From Thermodesulfovibrionia bacterium (GTDB taxonomy: Bacteria > Nitrospirota > Thermodesulfovibrionia > UBA6902): 64,000 nucleotides of DNA. The position numbers and the translations under genes were made by a program. Below the pieces are notes generated by a model, which saw only the letters and a program-made list of their open reading frames with translations, ran no database searches and was not told where the DNA came from. The stretch spans positions 12,050 through 76,049 of the forward strand of contig JBCKZY010000001.1 of assembly GCA_038918635.1 (NCBI GenBank). Direction: 5' to 3'. How positions within the stretch are numbered: the first letter of the stretch is position 1; each line of letters begins with the position of its first letter. Of this stretch, positions 37,731 to 49,625 are shown piece after piece.

Positions 37731-38418
37731 TCTTCCTGATTACAACAACATTCGGATATGAAAAAGAGAGTGCCGCTATATCCTCGGGCCTGCCATCTGT
37801 TATCTTCTCATCAGTATAACCAAGCCTTTCACAAACATATAAAGTCAGTAACAAATTACGAGTGACAGGTAACGAGTTAAGTACTTTTGCTATTTCCGAA
37901 GGATTATTAATCCTGTCAGTCAGTATTCCAATTATTCGGTGCTTATCTAAAAGCTCAGGTATATCTGTAATCTCATATTCAAGCTTCCTTCTCTTTTTAG
38001 GATCAGGCCCCCCGTGGAGGCTGAATAGAAAGGCTTCGCCCCAGGGTTCTTTAATCCTTGAAAACGCGACCTGCATGCTTGATAGATCAGGGTAGACCTC
38101 CAGAGAGTCCCTGCCAAACTCCTTGATCAGGAGCCTGCCTATCCCAAAGAACATAGGGTCACCTGAGGCAAGAACAGAAACAGATTTCTTCTTATAGTTT
38201 TCGCGGATAATGTTCATGGTCTCATGAACATTATTCACAATAATTATCTTACCCCTGACCTGCTCATAATCCTCATAAGACCTGAAGATCTCCATAAGAC
38301 CTTCATTAGAGACTATAATGTCCGATAGACTGATAATTTCCCTTGCCCTTTTCTCAAGCGGCCTGTAACCGATTCCTATTACATGTATTTTATTCACTCT
38401 TTCTCCTTCTCTTCTCAA
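37714..38418 (-). CDS. cbiE: CbiE-like precorrin-6Y/cobalt-precorrin-7 C5-methyltransferase
   Basis: IHVIGIG, LASGDPMFFGIG, SSMQVAFSRIKEPW..SLHG. No other cobalamin genes nearby. Confidence 0.6.
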   Translation of the reverse strand: MRREGERVNKIHVIGIGYRPLEKRAREIISLSDIIVSNEGLMEIFRSYEDYEQVRGKIIIVNNVHETMNIIRENYKKKSVSVLASGDPMFFGIGRLLIKEFGRDSLEVYPDLSSMQVAFSRIKEPWGEAFLFSLHGGPDPKKRRKLEYEITDIPELLDKHRIIGILTDRINNPSEIAKVLNSLPVTRNLLLTLYVCERLGYTDEKITDGRPEDIAALSFSYPNVVVIRKNDGND

Positions 38419-38788
38419 TGCTACCAGACACTATCTCAATGAGTTTATTCTCATGGTTTCTGATCCGGAAAACAACAGAAACCTCAACCCGGCTCTCTAC
38501 ATAAGGAAAAGGCGCCGCCTTCTTCACGATCTTCACTGTAGCTTCATCAAGCATGCCGGAGCCTGAGCTTCTGGCAATTATAATATCTTCAGGTGTACCA
38601 TCAGGAGTTATCCTGAAATTTATGTAAGTTGTTCCCTCTATACCCCTCTTTTTAGCCAGACGCGGGTATACTTTTGCTTTCTCTATCAAAGCCCTTATGG
38701 TATCAGAATAATCAGGAGGCAGGAATCCCTCCCCTTTAACATAAAATTCTCCTTTTCCTGCAACAATACCCGCTGCAGCATAGCGCAT
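38390..38788 (-). CDS. TonB C-terminal-domain protein lacking the N-terminal membrane anchor (possibly a remnant)
   Basis: YPRLAKKRGIEGTTYINFRITPDGTPEDIIIARSSGSGMLDEATVKIVKKAAPFP. The upstream in-frame sequence (to about 39100) encodes an acidic/lysine-rich linker with no start codon, and runs into the vapC remnant. Confidence 0.55.
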   Translation of the reverse strand: MRYAAAGIVAGKGEFYVKGEGFLPPDYSDTIRALIEKAKVYPRLAKKRGIEGTTYINFRITPDGTPEDIIIARSSGSGMLDEATVKIVKKAAPFPYVESRVEVSVVFRIRNHENKLIEIVSGSIEKRRRKSE

Positions 38789-39071
38789 CTCTACATAGTC
38801 ATCCGGAGAAATTTCAACATCTTCACCCTCCTCTTCAACGTCATCGCCCGCGATATTTTCATTTGCCTCATCCGGAGCCGATTTTTCGTTAACATTAATT
38901 TTATCCTTTATTTCAGACTCAGGCTTTTTTGAAATATGAGTGACGGCTTCCGTTTTTTTAAAAACAGACTGCTTAATCTGTTTTATAAGAGAAGGCTTGA
39001 CCTCTTCAGCAGAATGACTCTTTTCAGCTGTCTCAACCCTCCCATTTGAAAGGTTTACAAATATAAATCTC

Positions 39072-39385
39072 TCAGCAAGCCTTTTGCTGCTGCCCCCGAA
39101 AAACCCTGATAATGTCGTCGGCTGTTACATCGAGGATTGTAATGCCGAGCGTGCTGATATCCTGATAGAAGAAAGAGTGCTGCATTAGGAATTGTGCCTC
39201 TGTCGTGATTCTGTCAACTTCAAAAAGTCTCTTAAGGTTGGAGATGATTTCAATGATGGTTATCGAGGATATGAGGATATAAAGATAGGCTCTTTGGATT
39301 CGTCAAAAATCCTGGAAACCGCGGTCGAGCCTTTCTCCAGTTGGTATCGCTTAAAAAGAGAGCTTGTGTCTATAAAAAAGGGCAT
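39072..39385 (-). pseudogene. vapC: PIN-domain toxin (VapC-like), frameshifted by an 8-bp tandem duplication and internally deleted
   Basis: MPFFIDTSSLFKRYQLEKGS... then a premature stop. The tandem gaggatat gaggatat at 39265-39280 causes the shift. Removing one copy restores ...ISSITIIEIISNLKRL...ILDVTADDII. Confidence 0.7.
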
Positions 39386-39388
39386 GAG

Positions 39389-39562
39389 TTAGCGCGTTTC
39401 TCTTCCCTCTATAACCCTCTTGGAAAGTGACACGCCGATTCCGGACAAACTCCGCCGTATATCCTTTAAAGTAGCATCTGTGCGGATATGCTTCTTCAGA
39501 CGGCGGTGAAGCTTCGTGCTAACATGCGGCTGTCCCTCAGCTTTTAAAAGTGCTTTTGCCAT
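39389..39562 (-). CDS. Small antitoxin-like protein (57 aa) upstream of the vapC remnant; not in the ORF track
   Basis: ATG at 39562 preceded by AAGGAG. Encodes MAKALLKAEGQPHVSTKLHRRLKKHIRTDATLKDIRRSLSGIGVSLSKRVIEGRETR and ends 3 nt before the vapC ATG. Confidence 0.55.
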   Translation of the reverse strand: MAKALLKAEGQPHVSTKLHRRLKKHIRTDATLKDIRRSLSGIGVSLSKRVIEGRETR

Positions 39563-39692
39563 AGGTTTGATATCTCCTTTATAGCTCAGTTTATCAATAG
39601 GGCAGGATAAAGGTCAAGACGGCGGGTGATCGCGAAGAAGATTGAGGGGGGAGCAATATTACTATATTGTTCCCCCCTTTTTCATTCTGTTT

Positions 39693-40088
39693 TTAATAAC
39701 CCGGCGACTGTTTCTTTTCCATCATCGGCATTTCCTTCATCTTCTTCTTCATTCCCAATGACCTGATATATGCAACGATATCCATCATCTGGTTTGACGC
39801 TGTGTCAATAGACTTTCCCTTAATGGCCATCTCAATACATAAATTAACCGCTTCTTCAAGGCTATTCTGCTTTTTACCCATTATGTTGAACTCTTTTTTA
39901 TCTGCGGCCCTCTCTAATCCATTTCCGTCGGGATGGCATGAATTACAGGACTTTCCTGATGTCGCACCCGCAAACTCTGTGTCATTGAAGAGCGTCTTGC
40001 CCTTTTCAACGTCACCGCCTGCAAAAGCTGCGGTAAAGAGCAATCCTGTTGCTATAATGCATACGATTACTATTGCCAGTGTCTTCAT
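39693..40088 (-). CDS. Small secreted c-type cytochrome
   Basis: Signal peptide, a single CNSCH heme-binding motif, and a distal Met-rich C-terminus. Confidence 0.75.
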   Translation of the reverse strand: MKTLAIVIVCIIATGLLFTAAFAGGDVEKGKTLFNDTEFAGATSGKSCNSCHPDGNGLERAADKKEFNIMGKKQNSLEEAVNLCIEMAIKGKSIDTASNQMMDIVAYIRSLGMKKKMKEMPMMEKKQSPGY

Positions 40089-40586
40089 TATGTTTCACCT
40101 CCTTTCCTCTGACAGGGGTTTCTGATTAGATATTATCAACAAATCAGAGCAGATGCAACAATTATTATTTCATGCCGATTTCTATTTGAGACAACGGCCG
40201 TACAGGATAGAGAAGCTAAACCATGGAAGCCGGTCTTCCATAATATTAACTGTGACGAACTCGTAAAAAGTCGTCATTCCTGCCTCGTATGATGACTTTT
40301 TACGAGTACATCAAGTTTGTTTTTATTTGGCATCGGATATATTGTATATGTAGCTTTTATACTTAACCCAAAAAATGCATTTCAAATAATGCAGATGTTG
40401 GAAAACAATTTAATTTTTCCGCCCCGGTCGAAGACTCGACGAGGAGAGCGGATCCGCCTGAGGAGGACGATACCTTATACGCAATATTCACTAATTGAAG
40501 GACACACAATTTAATCCAAAGGAATATGCAATATTTATTGAAAATTCATCGAGTTAATTAAATTATTTTTTTAATATCTGCATTAT

Positions 40587-42797
40587 ATGGGAGCCATGGA
40601 ACAGACAATGCTTGATACTCTAAAAAAGGTTTTCGGTTTTCAGGATTTTCGGCCTAACCAGGAGGCCATTATCAGGAATATCCTCGACAAAAAAGATGTC
40701 TTTGCAGTAATGCCTACCGGGGGAGGGAAATCGCTCTGCTACCAGCTTCCCGCCAGGCTGATGAAGGGCACAACGGTCGTTATAAGCCCGCTCATATCCC
40801 TGATGAAGGACCAGGTGGATGCCGCATTGGAAAATGGTATCTCCGCAGCCTTTATAAACAGCTCCCTTAAGCCGCAGGAAATATCTTCTGTATACCATAA
40901 ACTTAAAGGCCGGGAGATAGAACTTCTTTACGTTGCTCCAGAGCGGTTTGCAATGCGGACCTTTACTGACCTGCTTAAAACCCTCCCCGTCTCTCTGTTT
41001 GCCATAGATGAAGCTCACTGCGTCTCTGAATGGGGACACGACTTCAGGCCTGATTATCTGCGCCTCTCAAATATTACAAATACCTTTCCAGATATCCCGG
41101 TTGCGGCCTTTACCGCAACAGCCACCTCAAAGGTGCAGGATGATATTATCAGCAAAATAGGCCTCAGGTCCCCGTTTACAGTGCGCGCATCATTTAACCG
41201 GCCCAATCTCTTTTATAAGGTGAAGAACAAAAACGGTATGGACTCCCAGCTCCTTGAGTTTCTAAGGGAACATCACGGAGAACCGGGCATAATCTACCGT
41301 ACCACCCGCGATTCCGTTGAAGACCTTGCCGCCCTTCTGTCTGCCAACGGCGTTAAGGCCCTGCCGTATCATGCCGGCCTTACCTCTGAAGAGAGAAAGA
41401 ATAACCAGGAGGCATTTAACAGGGATGAGACAACTATTATTGTGGCAACGATCGCCTTCGGCATGGGCATAGACAAATCCAATGTCCGCTTTGTAATCCA
41501 TGCCGACCTGCCGAAAAATATAGAGAGCTATTACCAGGAGACTGGCCGTGCGGGGCGCGACGGCGAGCCTGCCGACTGCATACTCTTCTTTGGAAGGGGT
41601 GACATCCCGAAGATCAGGTACTTTATTGATCAGGTGGCTGACGATAAAGAGCGGTTGATAGCCATGGAGAAGCTGAGCCGGACGGTGCGGTATGCATCGC
41701 ATAATCTCTGCAGGCGCAGACAGTTACTTGAATATTTCGGTGAAAATTATCCTGAAAAGGATTGTAAAGCCTGTGACATCTGTACCGGCATGGTTGAAAA
41801 GATCGATGTTACGGTTGACGCGCAGATGCTGATGTCAGCCTTATCAAGGACCGGCCAGCGTTTCGGGATAACTCACATTATCAATATAGTTACCGGCGCA
41901 GATACAAAACGTATACGCGAGCTGGGCCATGAAAAGATAAAGACCTATGGGAAGGGTAAAGACAAAGATAAAAACCACTGGCGCTTCCTCGTTGACGAGC
42001 TCCTTGCCCAGGACATCATCTGCCAGGACGGCGACAGGTATCCGGTATTAAAGCTGACGGCAAAGGGGAATAATGTCCTCGAAGGCAAAGAAGGGGTCAC
42101 GGCATTAAAGAGAGAGGAGAGAAAAAAGCGGTATCCTGTTGGAAAAAGCGGGAAGTTTGAGCCATATGACAATGCCCTGTTTGAAAAGCTTCGCGCCCTG
42201 CGAAAAGAGGTCGCTGATGAACAGCAGGTCCCCCCTTATATAATATTTTCAGACAGGACCCTCCATGAAATGTGCAGATACTATCCTGCGGATTTGTCTG
42301 ATATGACTAATATCAGCGGCATAGGAGATGCCAAACTTGAGCGGTACGGGACCGCTTTTGTAAAAGTGATAAAGACATATCTTGATGAAAATCCCGGCAT
42401 CTCGATCCCTGACAAAGAGGCATTTACTCTGCCTCCCGGCCGGACGCGGAAAAAGAAGAAGGGAGAGAGCCTTGAAAAGACCTGCGACCTGTTTAAGAAA
42501 GGAGGCTCCATAGAGAGCATTGCACAGGAACGCGGCCTTGCGGCATCAACTATTGCGGGTCACCTTGAAGAGCTTATAAGAGCAGGAGATGACATTGATA
42601 TAGACCGCCTTGTTGAACCTGCAGCGCAGAAAAAGATCAGGGAGTTCTTTCTCTCCAGAAGAGAGTGGCAGCTCAATCCTGTCATTGAACACTTCAAAGG
42701 CGCAGTAAGTTATGAAGAGGCAAAACTTGTAAGAGCCTTTCTTCAGCGGAAAACCCGAACTATTGAGGTCGGACCTCCAAAGTTTACCCCCCGATGA
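40587..42797 (+). CDS. recQ: ATP-dependent DNA helicase RecQ (with HRDC and C-terminal HTH-like extension)
   Basis: [68 protein letters not shown], a zinc-binding Cys cluster, and an HRDC region. Confidence 0.9.
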   Translation: MGAMEQTMLDTLKKVFGFQDFRPNQEAIIRNILDKKDVFAVMPTGGGKSLCYQLPARLMKGTTVVISPLISLMKDQVDAALENGISAAFINSSLKPQEISSVYHKLKGREIELLYVAPERFAMRTFTDLLKTLPVSLFAIDEAHCVSEWGHDFRPDYLRLSNITNTFPDIPVAAFTATATSKVQDDIISKIGLRSPFTVRASFNRPNLFYKVKNKNGMDSQLLEFLREHHGEPGIIYRTTRDSVEDLAALLSANGVKALPYHAGLTSEERKNNQEAFNRDETTIIVATIAFGMGIDKSNVRFVIHADLPKNIESYYQETGRAGRDGEPADCILFFGRGDIPKIRYFIDQVADDKERLIAMEKLSRTVRYASHNLCRRRQLLEYFGENYPEKDCKACDICTGMVEKIDVTVDAQMLMSALSRTGQRFGITHIINIVTGADTKRIRELGHEKIKTYGKGKDKDKNHWRFLVDELLAQDIICQDGDRYPVLKLTAKGNNVLEGKEGVTALKREERKKRYPVGKSGKFEPYDNALFEKLRALRKEVADEQQVPPYIIFSDRTLHEMCRYYPADLSDMTNISGIGDAKLERYGTAFVKVIKTYLDENPGISIPDKEAFTLPPGRTRKKKKGESLEKTCDLFKKGGSIESIAQERGLAASTIAGHLEELIRAGDDIDIDRLVEPAAQKKIREFFLSRREWQLNPVIEHFKGAVSYEEAKLVRAFLQRKTRTIEVGPPKFTPR

Positions 42798-43200
42798 TCT
42801 TCACAAGCACCCGCTTCTTTCTTCTGCCGTCAAACTCTCCATAGAATATACGCTCCCATGTTCCGAAATCGAGCTTGCCGTCTGTCACAGCCACCACAAC
42901 CTCCCTGCCCATAATCTGTCTCTTCATGTGTGCGTCCGCGTTATCCTCGCCCACATTGTGCCTGTATTGTGAAGGGGGAGCATGCGGCGCCAGTTTTTCA
43001 AGCCAGACATCATAATCATGATGCAGACCGGACTCATCATCATTGATAAAAACAGAGGCTGTTATGTGCATCGCATTGCACAGTACTAATCCGTTTTTAA
43101 TGCCGCTCTCCTTCAGACACTCTTCAACCTGCGGGGTGATGTTAATAAACGCGCGTCTTGTCGGTACTTCAAACCATAGTTCCTTTCGATAGCTTTTCAT
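42784..43200 (-). CDS. YjbQ/UPF0047 family protein (secondary thiamine-phosphate synthase-like)
   Basis: ITPQVEE...[31 protein letters not shown]. Convergent 14-nt overlap with recQ. Confidence 0.75.
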   Translation of the reverse strand: MKSYRKELWFEVPTRRAFINITPQVEECLKESGIKNGLVLCNAMHITASVFINDDESGLHHDYDVWLEKLAPHAPPSQYRHNVGEDNADAHMKRQIMGREVVVAVTDGKLDFGTWERIFYGEFDGRRKKRVLVKIIGG

Positions 43201-43428
43201 ATCTCCTCCAATTAATTCTTAAATACGGTCTCCTGTTAATGAAGCCTGCAAGTCAATTATTTTATAGAATAAAATAATGGTGCTTTCATACATTGTCCTC
43301 TTTTTCATGCTATTATTGACATATTATAGTCCTAAACTTCAAAGTGCTTTGCACGGTTCCATATAATTATGATAATATAGTTGTTTCTAAAAAATATTTG
43401 TTTTCATTCACAAAGGAGAAGAGACTTT

Positions 43429-44415
43429 ATGAGGCTAGCGGTTGGAGTTGATATAGGCGGTACCAACATCAAGACCGTTATCGTATCCGAGGAAGGTAAA
43501 ATACTCTCAAGCCTGTCGCATCCTACCCCCGGCAAAGAGGATAAAGTTGCCTTAAAAGACCTCATGGTAGGAGTACTGAAAGAGATTATAAATGAGGATT
43601 ATCTTAAAAAAAATTCATCTTCAGAAGCAGGTATAGATGATATCGCTGGCATCGGATTCGGGATTGCCGGACTTATTGACAGTAAAGAGGGTGTTGTTAT
43701 TGAATCACCTAATATCCCGAATATCAACGGACTCAAGATAAAAGAGATCTTTGAAAAAGAATTTCCTTTTCCGGTGGTAGTGAATAATGACGCAAATATC
43801 TGTGCTTATGGTGAAAAATGGGGTGGAACGGGAAAAGATTTTGACAACTTCATAGTTCTCACGCTGGGTACGGGATTAGGAGGAGGGTTTATATACAAGG
43901 GAGAGTTATTCGAGGGCGCTTTTGAGGTCGGACATATGGTTGTCGAACCAAACGGCCTCTTCTGTACATGCGGCAGTTCAGGATGCCTCGAATCATACGC
44001 ATCCGGAAGGGCTATTGTGGAGAGGGCTACCACGGCCATGGAGAAGGGGACGGAAAGCATACTCACCAAATGCTGTGAGGGCAATTTTTACAAAATAACC
44101 CCGGAAGACATTTACAAAGCCGCTCTTGACGGGGACAACCTGAGCAGGGAACTCTTCAGGCCTATGGGACATTACCTGGGGATAGGTATTGCAAACCTTA
44201 TTAACCTCTTAAGCCCCGAGGCGGTAATCATCGGCGGCGGGCTTGTTGGGGCGTGGGACCTCTTTATCAAAGAACTGGAAAAAGAGGTATCAAAGAGGGC
44301 ATTTAAGCCTCTTAACGCACGGGTGAAAATCCTTAAGACGGTATTAAATAAAGAATGCGGTTCTATAGGTGCCGCCGGGCTGGCCTTTAACGCCGCAAAG
44401 CATTCCGCAGAATAA
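43429..44415 (+). CDS. ROK-family sugar kinase (glucokinase-like)
   Basis: [28 protein letters not shown], and the ROK Cys motif [16 protein letters not shown] sits before the ATG at 43429; the track start at 43381 is TTG. Confidence 0.8.
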   Translation: MRLAVGVDIGGTNIKTVIVSEEGKILSSLSHPTPGKEDKVALKDLMVGVLKEIINEDYLKKNSSSEAGIDDIAGIGFGIAGLIDSKEGVVIESPNIPNINGLKIKEIFEKEFPFPVVVNNDANICAYGEKWGGTGKDFDNFIVLTLGTGLGGGFIYKGELFEGAFEVGHMVVEPNGLFCTCGSSGCLESYASGRAIVERATTAMEKGTESILTKCCEGNFYKITPEDIYKAALDGDNLSRELFRPMGHYLGIGIANLINLLSPEAVIIGGGLVGAWDLFIKELEKEVSKRAFKPLNARVKILKTVLNKECGSIGAAGLAFNAAKHSAE

Positions 44416-44419
44416 GCAC

Positions 44420-46210
44420 ATGTCCTTAACCAACACCAGAAACTTCTCCATTATCGCCCATATTGATCACGGAAAATCCACGTTAGCAGACCGTATCCTT
44501 GAGGTTACCGGCGCCCTGTCCCAGAGGGAAATGAAAAAACAGGTGCTTGACTCAATGGACCTGGAACAGGAACGCGGGATCACCATCAAAGCACACGCCG
44601 TAAGGCTCGTTTACAAAGCCATGGACGGTAAAGATTACATTCTTAACCTGATCGACACGCCGGGTCATGTAGACTTCTCCTACGAGGTATCAAGAAGCCT
44701 CGCATCCTGTGAAGGTGCGCTTCTTGTAGTTGATGCCACTCAGGGTGTGGAGGCCCAGACACTTGCTAACGCCTATCTGGCCGCCGAGCATAACCTTGAG
44801 ATTATACCGGTAATCAACAAGATCGATCTTCCCGGGGCCGAGCCTGACAGGGTTAAGGAACAGATTGAGGACTCAATAGGAATAGACTGCAGCGACTCCA
44901 TAATCACCTCGGCAAAAGAGGGCATCGGTATCAGGGAGACACTGGAAGCTATAGTGAAAAGGATACCTCCTCCAGGCGGCATTCTGAACAAACCACTGAA
45001 GGCCCTGATATTTGATTTGTGGTTTGATAATTTTCAGGGGATAGTCGTGCTTGTCAGGGTGTTTGACGGCAGTTTGAAGCGCGGGACCAAAATAAGGCTG
45101 ATGGCCAAAGAAAAATCATATGAAGTCCTTGAGGTGGGGTTTTTTACTCCTCACAAAAAGATCGTTGATGAATTGAAAGCAGGTGACGTCGGCTATATAG
45201 TTGCGGGCATAAGAGATGTTGCGGATACAAAAGTCGGCGACACAATAACCGATGCCGAAAATCCGGCTCCCGAGCCATGTCCCGGTTATAAAGATATAAA
45301 ACCGATGGTATTTTCAGGTCTTTATACCACAGAGGCAATCCAGTATGAGGAATTAAAAGACGCGCTCGAGAAACTCAAACTCAACGACTTTTCATTTCAT
45401 TATGAACCGGAGAGCTCAACTGCCCTGGGTTTCGGCTTCAGGTGCGGTTTTCTCGGACTTCTGCATATGGAGATTGTCAAGGAACGGCTTGAAAGGGAAT
45501 TCAAACTCACCCTTCTAAATACCGCTCCCACCGTTATTTTTCGTGTTTCAAAAACCGACGGCAACATAATATATATCGACAGTCCGGCAAAACTGCCCAA
45601 GGTATATGATAAAATTGAGGAACCTTTTGTTAAAGCCATGATATTCGTTCCGTCAAGATATATCGGGCAGATTTTTGAACTTTGCCAAAACAGGCAGGGG
45701 GTTCAGAAAGACTTCACTTATATAGGGAAAGACCGGATAATGGTCACTTATGAACTGCCATTAAGCGAGATTTTATGGGATTTTCATGATAAGCTTAAAT
45801 CTTCTTCAAGCGGCTACGCGTCCATGGATTATGAATTCATCGGGTACAGGGAATCAAAACTTAAAAAACTTGATCTCCTCTTAAACGGGGAACCTGTTGA
45901 CGCTTTATCAATAATAGTTCACACTGACAACGCCTATCAGATGGGCCGGCAAATTGCAGAAAAACTGCGCAAGGTAATTCCAAGGCAGAACTTTGAAGTC
46001 GTAATCCAGGCGGCTATCGGGAGTAAGATAGTAGCAAGGGAGACCATAAAGGCTCTTATGAAGAATGTGACGGCAAAGTGTTATGGCGGTGACATAACCA
46101 GAAAGAGAAAACTCCTAGAAAAACAGAAAGCGGGTAAGCGCAGAATGAAACTGGTCGGCAAGGTAGAAATCCCTCAGGAAGCTTTTCTTTCAGTACTTAA
46201 GTTAAAATAA
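44420..46210 (+). CDS. lepA: Elongation factor 4 (LepA)
   Basis: [33 protein letters not shown], and the conserved LepA C-terminal domain. ATG at 44420 gives the canonical N-terminus. Confidence 0.9.
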   Translation: MSLTNTRNFSIIAHIDHGKSTLADRILEVTGALSQREMKKQVLDSMDLEQERGITIKAHAVRLVYKAMDGKDYILNLIDTPGHVDFSYEVSRSLASCEGALLVVDATQGVEAQTLANAYLAAEHNLEIIPVINKIDLPGAEPDRVKEQIEDSIGIDCSDSIITSAKEGIGIRETLEAIVKRIPPPGGILNKPLKALIFDLWFDNFQGIVVLVRVFDGSLKRGTKIRLMAKEKSYEVLEVGFFTPHKKIVDELKAGDVGYIVAGIRDVADTKVGDTITDAENPAPEPCPGYKDIKPMVFSGLYTTEAIQYEELKDALEKLKLNDFSFHYEPESSTALGFGFRCGFLGLLHMEIVKERLEREFKLTLLNTAPTVIFRVSKTDGNIIYIDSPAKLPKVYDKIEEPFVKAMIFVPSRYIGQIFELCQNRQGVQKDFTYIGKDRIMVTYELPLSEILWDFHDKLKSSSSGYASMDYEFIGYRESKLKKLDLLLNGEPVDALSIIVHTDNAYQMGRQIAEKLRKVIPRQNFEVVIQAAIGSKIVARETIKALMKNVTAKCYGGDITRKRKLLEKQKAGKRRMKLVGKVEIPQEAFLSVLKLK

Positions 46211-46385
46211 TACCACTGAATTTTTGCCACAGATTTACACAGACTTTTAAAGTAGAGAAAAAACAAATATTTGGCCACAGACTCACACAGACTTAAATAA
46301 AGTTAAGACTTAAAACAGAACAAAAGAGAAAACAGGCTTTTCTTATTTATATTTTTTTCTTTAGTCTGTGTGAATCTGTGGCTAA
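46211..46385 (+). repeat. Composite hairpin element (cacagactt word family) in the lepA-lepB gap
   Basis: Two direct gccacaga...cacagactt words, the ~75-nt core, then the inverted word agtctgtgtgaatctgtggc. Co-linear with the reverse complement of 32387-32667. Confidence 0.8.
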
Positions 46386-47136
46386 AAAAAAGAGGAAATG
46401 GAGAAATAGATTGGCAGTCAAAAAGACCAGGAAATCAAGGTTCAGAGAATACACCGAGGCCTTTATAATAGCCATTATTATGGCCCTTGTGATCAGGGCC
46501 TATGTTGTACAGGCATTCAAGATACCCTCGGGCTCCATGATACCCTCCCTGTTAGTGGGAGACCATCTACTCGCAAATAAGTTTATTTACGGCCTTACAG
46601 CCCCTTTTTCCGACGGACGCTTTCTGGTATTCAGACAGCCTAAAAGGAAGGATATAGTCGTCTTTTCATTTCCTGAAAACAAGAAAAAAGAAGAGTGCAG
46701 CAGTACATCAAAAAATATCCTGAACAGGATGGAGAATGTCTTTAATACAGGGAACCCCTCATATATATTCAAAGATAACTGCAGGGATTTTATCAAAAGA
46801 ATTATAGGTGTCGGAGGAGATAAGGTCGAGGTAAAGGCTAAAAAGGTATACGTCAATGATATACTTCTTGATGAACCCTATACAATATACAGGGATACAG
46901 GGCTTATGAAGCAGGGGCTGACACCCCGGGATAACTTCGGACCTGTTACAGTCCCCCGAAATAAATTTTTTATGATGGGAGATAATAGAGATCAGAGTTT
47001 TGACAGCCGCTTTTGGGGTTTTGTAGATATGGAAGACATTAAAGGTAAGGCCTTAATAATCTACTGGTCATGGGACAGCGATTACGCCTGGTACAAGAAA
47101 GTTCGCTGGGACAGGATCGGGGATCTAATAGAATAA
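46378..47136 (+). CDS. lepB: Signal peptidase I
   Basis: IPSGSMIPSLLVGDHLL (Ser), RIIGVGGDKV (Lys region), GDNRDQSFDSRFWG. The only plausible start is the GTG at 46378, inside the last repeat word. Confidence 0.85.
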   Translation: MAKKKRKWRNRLAVKKTRKSRFREYTEAFIIAIIMALVIRAYVVQAFKIPSGSMIPSLLVGDHLLANKFIYGLTAPFSDGRFLVFRQPKRKDIVVFSFPENKKKEECSSTSKNILNRMENVFNTGNPSYIFKDNCRDFIKRIIGVGGDKVEVKAKKVYVNDILLDEPYTIYRDTGLMKQGLTPRDNFGPVTVPRNKFFMMGDNRDQSFDSRFWGFVDMEDIKGKALIIYWSWDSDYAWYKKVRWDRIGDLIE

Positions 47137-47147
47137 GGAGGTTACCA

Positions 47148-47477
47148 ATGATTAAAAAGCTTATTGTGTTTTTACTGCTGGCTGGAGCGATAACCTACGT
47201 AGGCATTTTGTTCGGTGCCCCCCAGTATCATTATCACGGGATTAAAAGCGACATAAAAGAACTTGTTACCTTAAGAAATATGCAAATTAAAGAGATGAGG
47301 AAAGAGGTACAGGAAAGCATCCACTACTACGATGTGCCTGTAAAGATGAGCTCGGTTTCAATTCAAAGGATGGCGAAGGGATACGCAATAAGTTTCTCCT
47401 GGGAAGAAACCGTTAATTTGCTGGATTTATATGAAAAAACCTATAGTTTTTCCATAAATGAGGGTTCACAAACCTGA
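47148..47477 (+). CDS. Small membrane-anchored hypothetical protein
   Basis: AAGGAGG RBS, then N-terminal TM segment MIKKLIVFLLLAGAITYVGILFG. The TGATG stop/start overlaps ribE. Confidence 0.55.
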   Translation: MIKKLIVFLLLAGAITYVGILFGAPQYHYHGIKSDIKELVTLRNMQIKEMRKEVQESIHYYDVPVKMSSVSIQRMAKGYAISFSWEETVNLLDLYEKTYSFSINEGSQT

Positions 47478-48112
47478 TGTTTACGGGTCTTATAGAAACA
47501 CCAGGAATCATTAAATCATTAGAGAAGACCGCAAACGGCATGAAGTTGTCAGTTAAACCGCTCTCCGGAATCGAGCTTCGCGTAGGCGACAGCATCTCTG
47601 TTAACGGTGTCTGTCTGACCACCACCTCTGATAAAGAGCTGATAATGTTTGATATATCTCCCGAAACAGTGCAGAGCACCAGCCTTGGAGAACTCAAGAT
47701 CAACGAAAAGGTGAATCTGGAGCGCGCGCTCAGACTATCGGACCGGCTCGGAGGACATATGGTTACCGGTCATGTAGACGCTGTAGGTCTGATCAGGGAC
47801 AGAAAAGGGGCCGGGGAATATACGTTCTATACCATTGAAGCCTCTAAAGATATCCTCAGATACATTGTTAAAAAAGGCTCTGTAGCCATCGACGGCATCA
47901 GCCTTACGGTTACAGGTCTTGACCGGCAGTCATTCAGTGTCGCCATTATCCCCCATACCATGACAGCCACTAACATCGGTGAGAAGAGAGTTGGAGACAA
48001 GGTAAATATAGAGGTTGACATAATCGGAAAGTATGTTGAAAAATTTATACAAATAGATGGGGCAGGCAGTGACCTTGCCGGATTGCTGAAAGAGAAAGGG
48101 TTTACAGATTAA
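47477..48112 (+). CDS. ribE: Riboflavin synthase alpha chain
   Basis: [45 protein letters not shown]. Confidence 0.9.
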   Translation: MFTGLIETPGIIKSLEKTANGMKLSVKPLSGIELRVGDSISVNGVCLTTTSDKELIMFDISPETVQSTSLGELKINEKVNLERALRLSDRLGGHMVTGHVDAVGLIRDRKGAGEYTFYTIEASKDILRYIVKKGSVAIDGISLTVTGLDRQSFSVAIIPHTMTATNIGEKRVGDKVNIEVDIIGKYVEKFIQIDGAGSDLAGLLKEKGFTD

Positions 48113-48113
48113 A

Positions 48114-49331
48114 ATGCGAAGCAAATACAGTTTTAACTCAATAGAAGACGCGATCAAGGATATTAAAAAGGGCAAAATGGTCATCCTCGTGGATGACGAG
48201 GACCGAGAGAACGAGGGGGACCTTACAATCGCGGCAGAGAAGATAACCCCTCAGGCCATAAATTTCATGGCCAAATTCGGCCGCGGACTTATCTGTCTTT
48301 CATTAACTCCTGAAAAAGTGGCCAGTTTAAAGCTTCCGATGATGGCCGATATCAATACTTCACATTTCGGTACCGCCTTCACCATATCCATAGAGGCAAA
48401 AAAGGGTGTAACAACCGGCATATCTGCGGCCGACAGGGCAAAGACGATCATTACAGCTATTAATCCCAAGGCAAAGGCCTCAGACCTATCAAGTCCCGGC
48501 CATGTATTCCCTTTAAAGTCAAAACCCGGCGGTGTCCTTCAGCGCGCGGGGCAGACCGAAGGCTCTGTCGATCTGGCAAGGCTGGCGGGACTGGACCACT
48601 CCGGTGTCATATGCGAGATAATGAATGACGACGGCACAATGGCCAGGGTGCCTCAACTCGTGAAATTCGCAGCCAAACACAAACTGAAGCTCGTTACAAT
48701 AAAAGATTTAATTAAGTACAGGATGAAGAATGAATGCCTTGTATCCAGGCTTGCCACTACAAAACTCCCTACCAAACACGGGGGTGATTTTACGGCTATC
48801 GTAATGGGGAACATGGTTGATAATACCGAGCACCTGGCCCTGGTAAAAGGGGAAATTTCATCAGACGATACGGTTCTTGTTCGTGTCCATTCCGAATGCC
48901 TTACCGGTGATGTGCTGAGTTCAAAGAGATGCGACTGCGGCGGACAGCTCCAGAAAGCGATGGAGATGATCAAAAAAGAGGGTAAGGGTGTGCTTGTATA
49001 TATGAGGCAGGAAGGAAGGGGTATAGGACTGGCAAATAAGCTGAAGGCCTATGAACTTCAGGACCAGGGTTATGATACTGTGGAGGCCAACGTAAAGCTC
49101 GGTTTTAAGCCAGACCTGAGAGACTACGGCATCGGAGCCCAGATACTCGTTAATCTCGGTGTCAGGAAGATGCGTCTGATAACAAACAACCCAAAAAAAA
49201 TAATAGGACTCGAAGGTTATGGTCTCGAGATAGTAGAGAGAGTGCCCATTGAGACAAAACCTCACCGGAAGAATATCAAATACCTGAAGACAAAGAAGAA
49301 GAAATTGGGACACCTGTTGGATAATATATAA
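48114..49331 (+). CDS. ribBA: Bifunctional DHBP synthase / GTP cyclohydrolase II
   Basis: [56 protein letters not shown]. Confidence 0.9.
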   Translation: MRSKYSFNSIEDAIKDIKKGKMVILVDDEDRENEGDLTIAAEKITPQAINFMAKFGRGLICLSLTPEKVASLKLPMMADINTSHFGTAFTISIEAKKGVTTGISAADRAKTIITAINPKAKASDLSSPGHVFPLKSKPGGVLQRAGQTEGSVDLARLAGLDHSGVICEIMNDDGTMARVPQLVKFAAKHKLKLVTIKDLIKYRMKNECLVSRLATTKLPTKHGGDFTAIVMGNMVDNTEHLALVKGEISSDDTVLVRVHSECLTGDVLSSKRCDCGGQLQKAMEMIKKEGKGVLVYMRQEGRGIGLANKLKAYELQDQGYDTVEANVKLGFKPDLRDYGIGAQILVNLGVRKMRLITNNPKKIIGLEGYGLEIVERVPIETKPHRKNIKYLKTKKKKLGHLLDNI

Positions 49332-49552
49332 AACAAAGGTTCAGGGGTTCAAAGGTTCAGAAGTTCAAGGAAATGATTTAATTATTAAAACCGCTACGGG
49401 ATAACATATAAAATAGGGCAACTTCTCAGGTCTCCCCCTTTGTAAAAGGGGGAGAAAGAACATATGACTGTGCAGTTAAAAATAAGGGTTCAAGGGGTCA
49501 TATATATATAATTGGCTCAACATGTAGTAGTGTGGATAACTATGTTTTTCCG

Positions 49553-49625
49553 TCATTCCCGAAGTCTGTTGATCGGGAATCCAGCGAGCAAAAGAACTGG
49601 ATTCCGCATTAAATGCGGAATGACA
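49553..49625. repeat. MITE-like element, gtcattccc...gcggaatgac family (short form)
   Basis: Terminal inverted repeats read directly. It lies between ribBA and ribH with other word repeats (ggttcaagg array 49340-49372). Confidence 0.75.

Noticed and set aside
39192-39392. Plus-strand ORF 39192-39392
   Set aside because: It is antisense to the PIN-domain (vapC) remnant, whose N-terminus and upstream antitoxin-like ORF give a coherent minus-strand reading.
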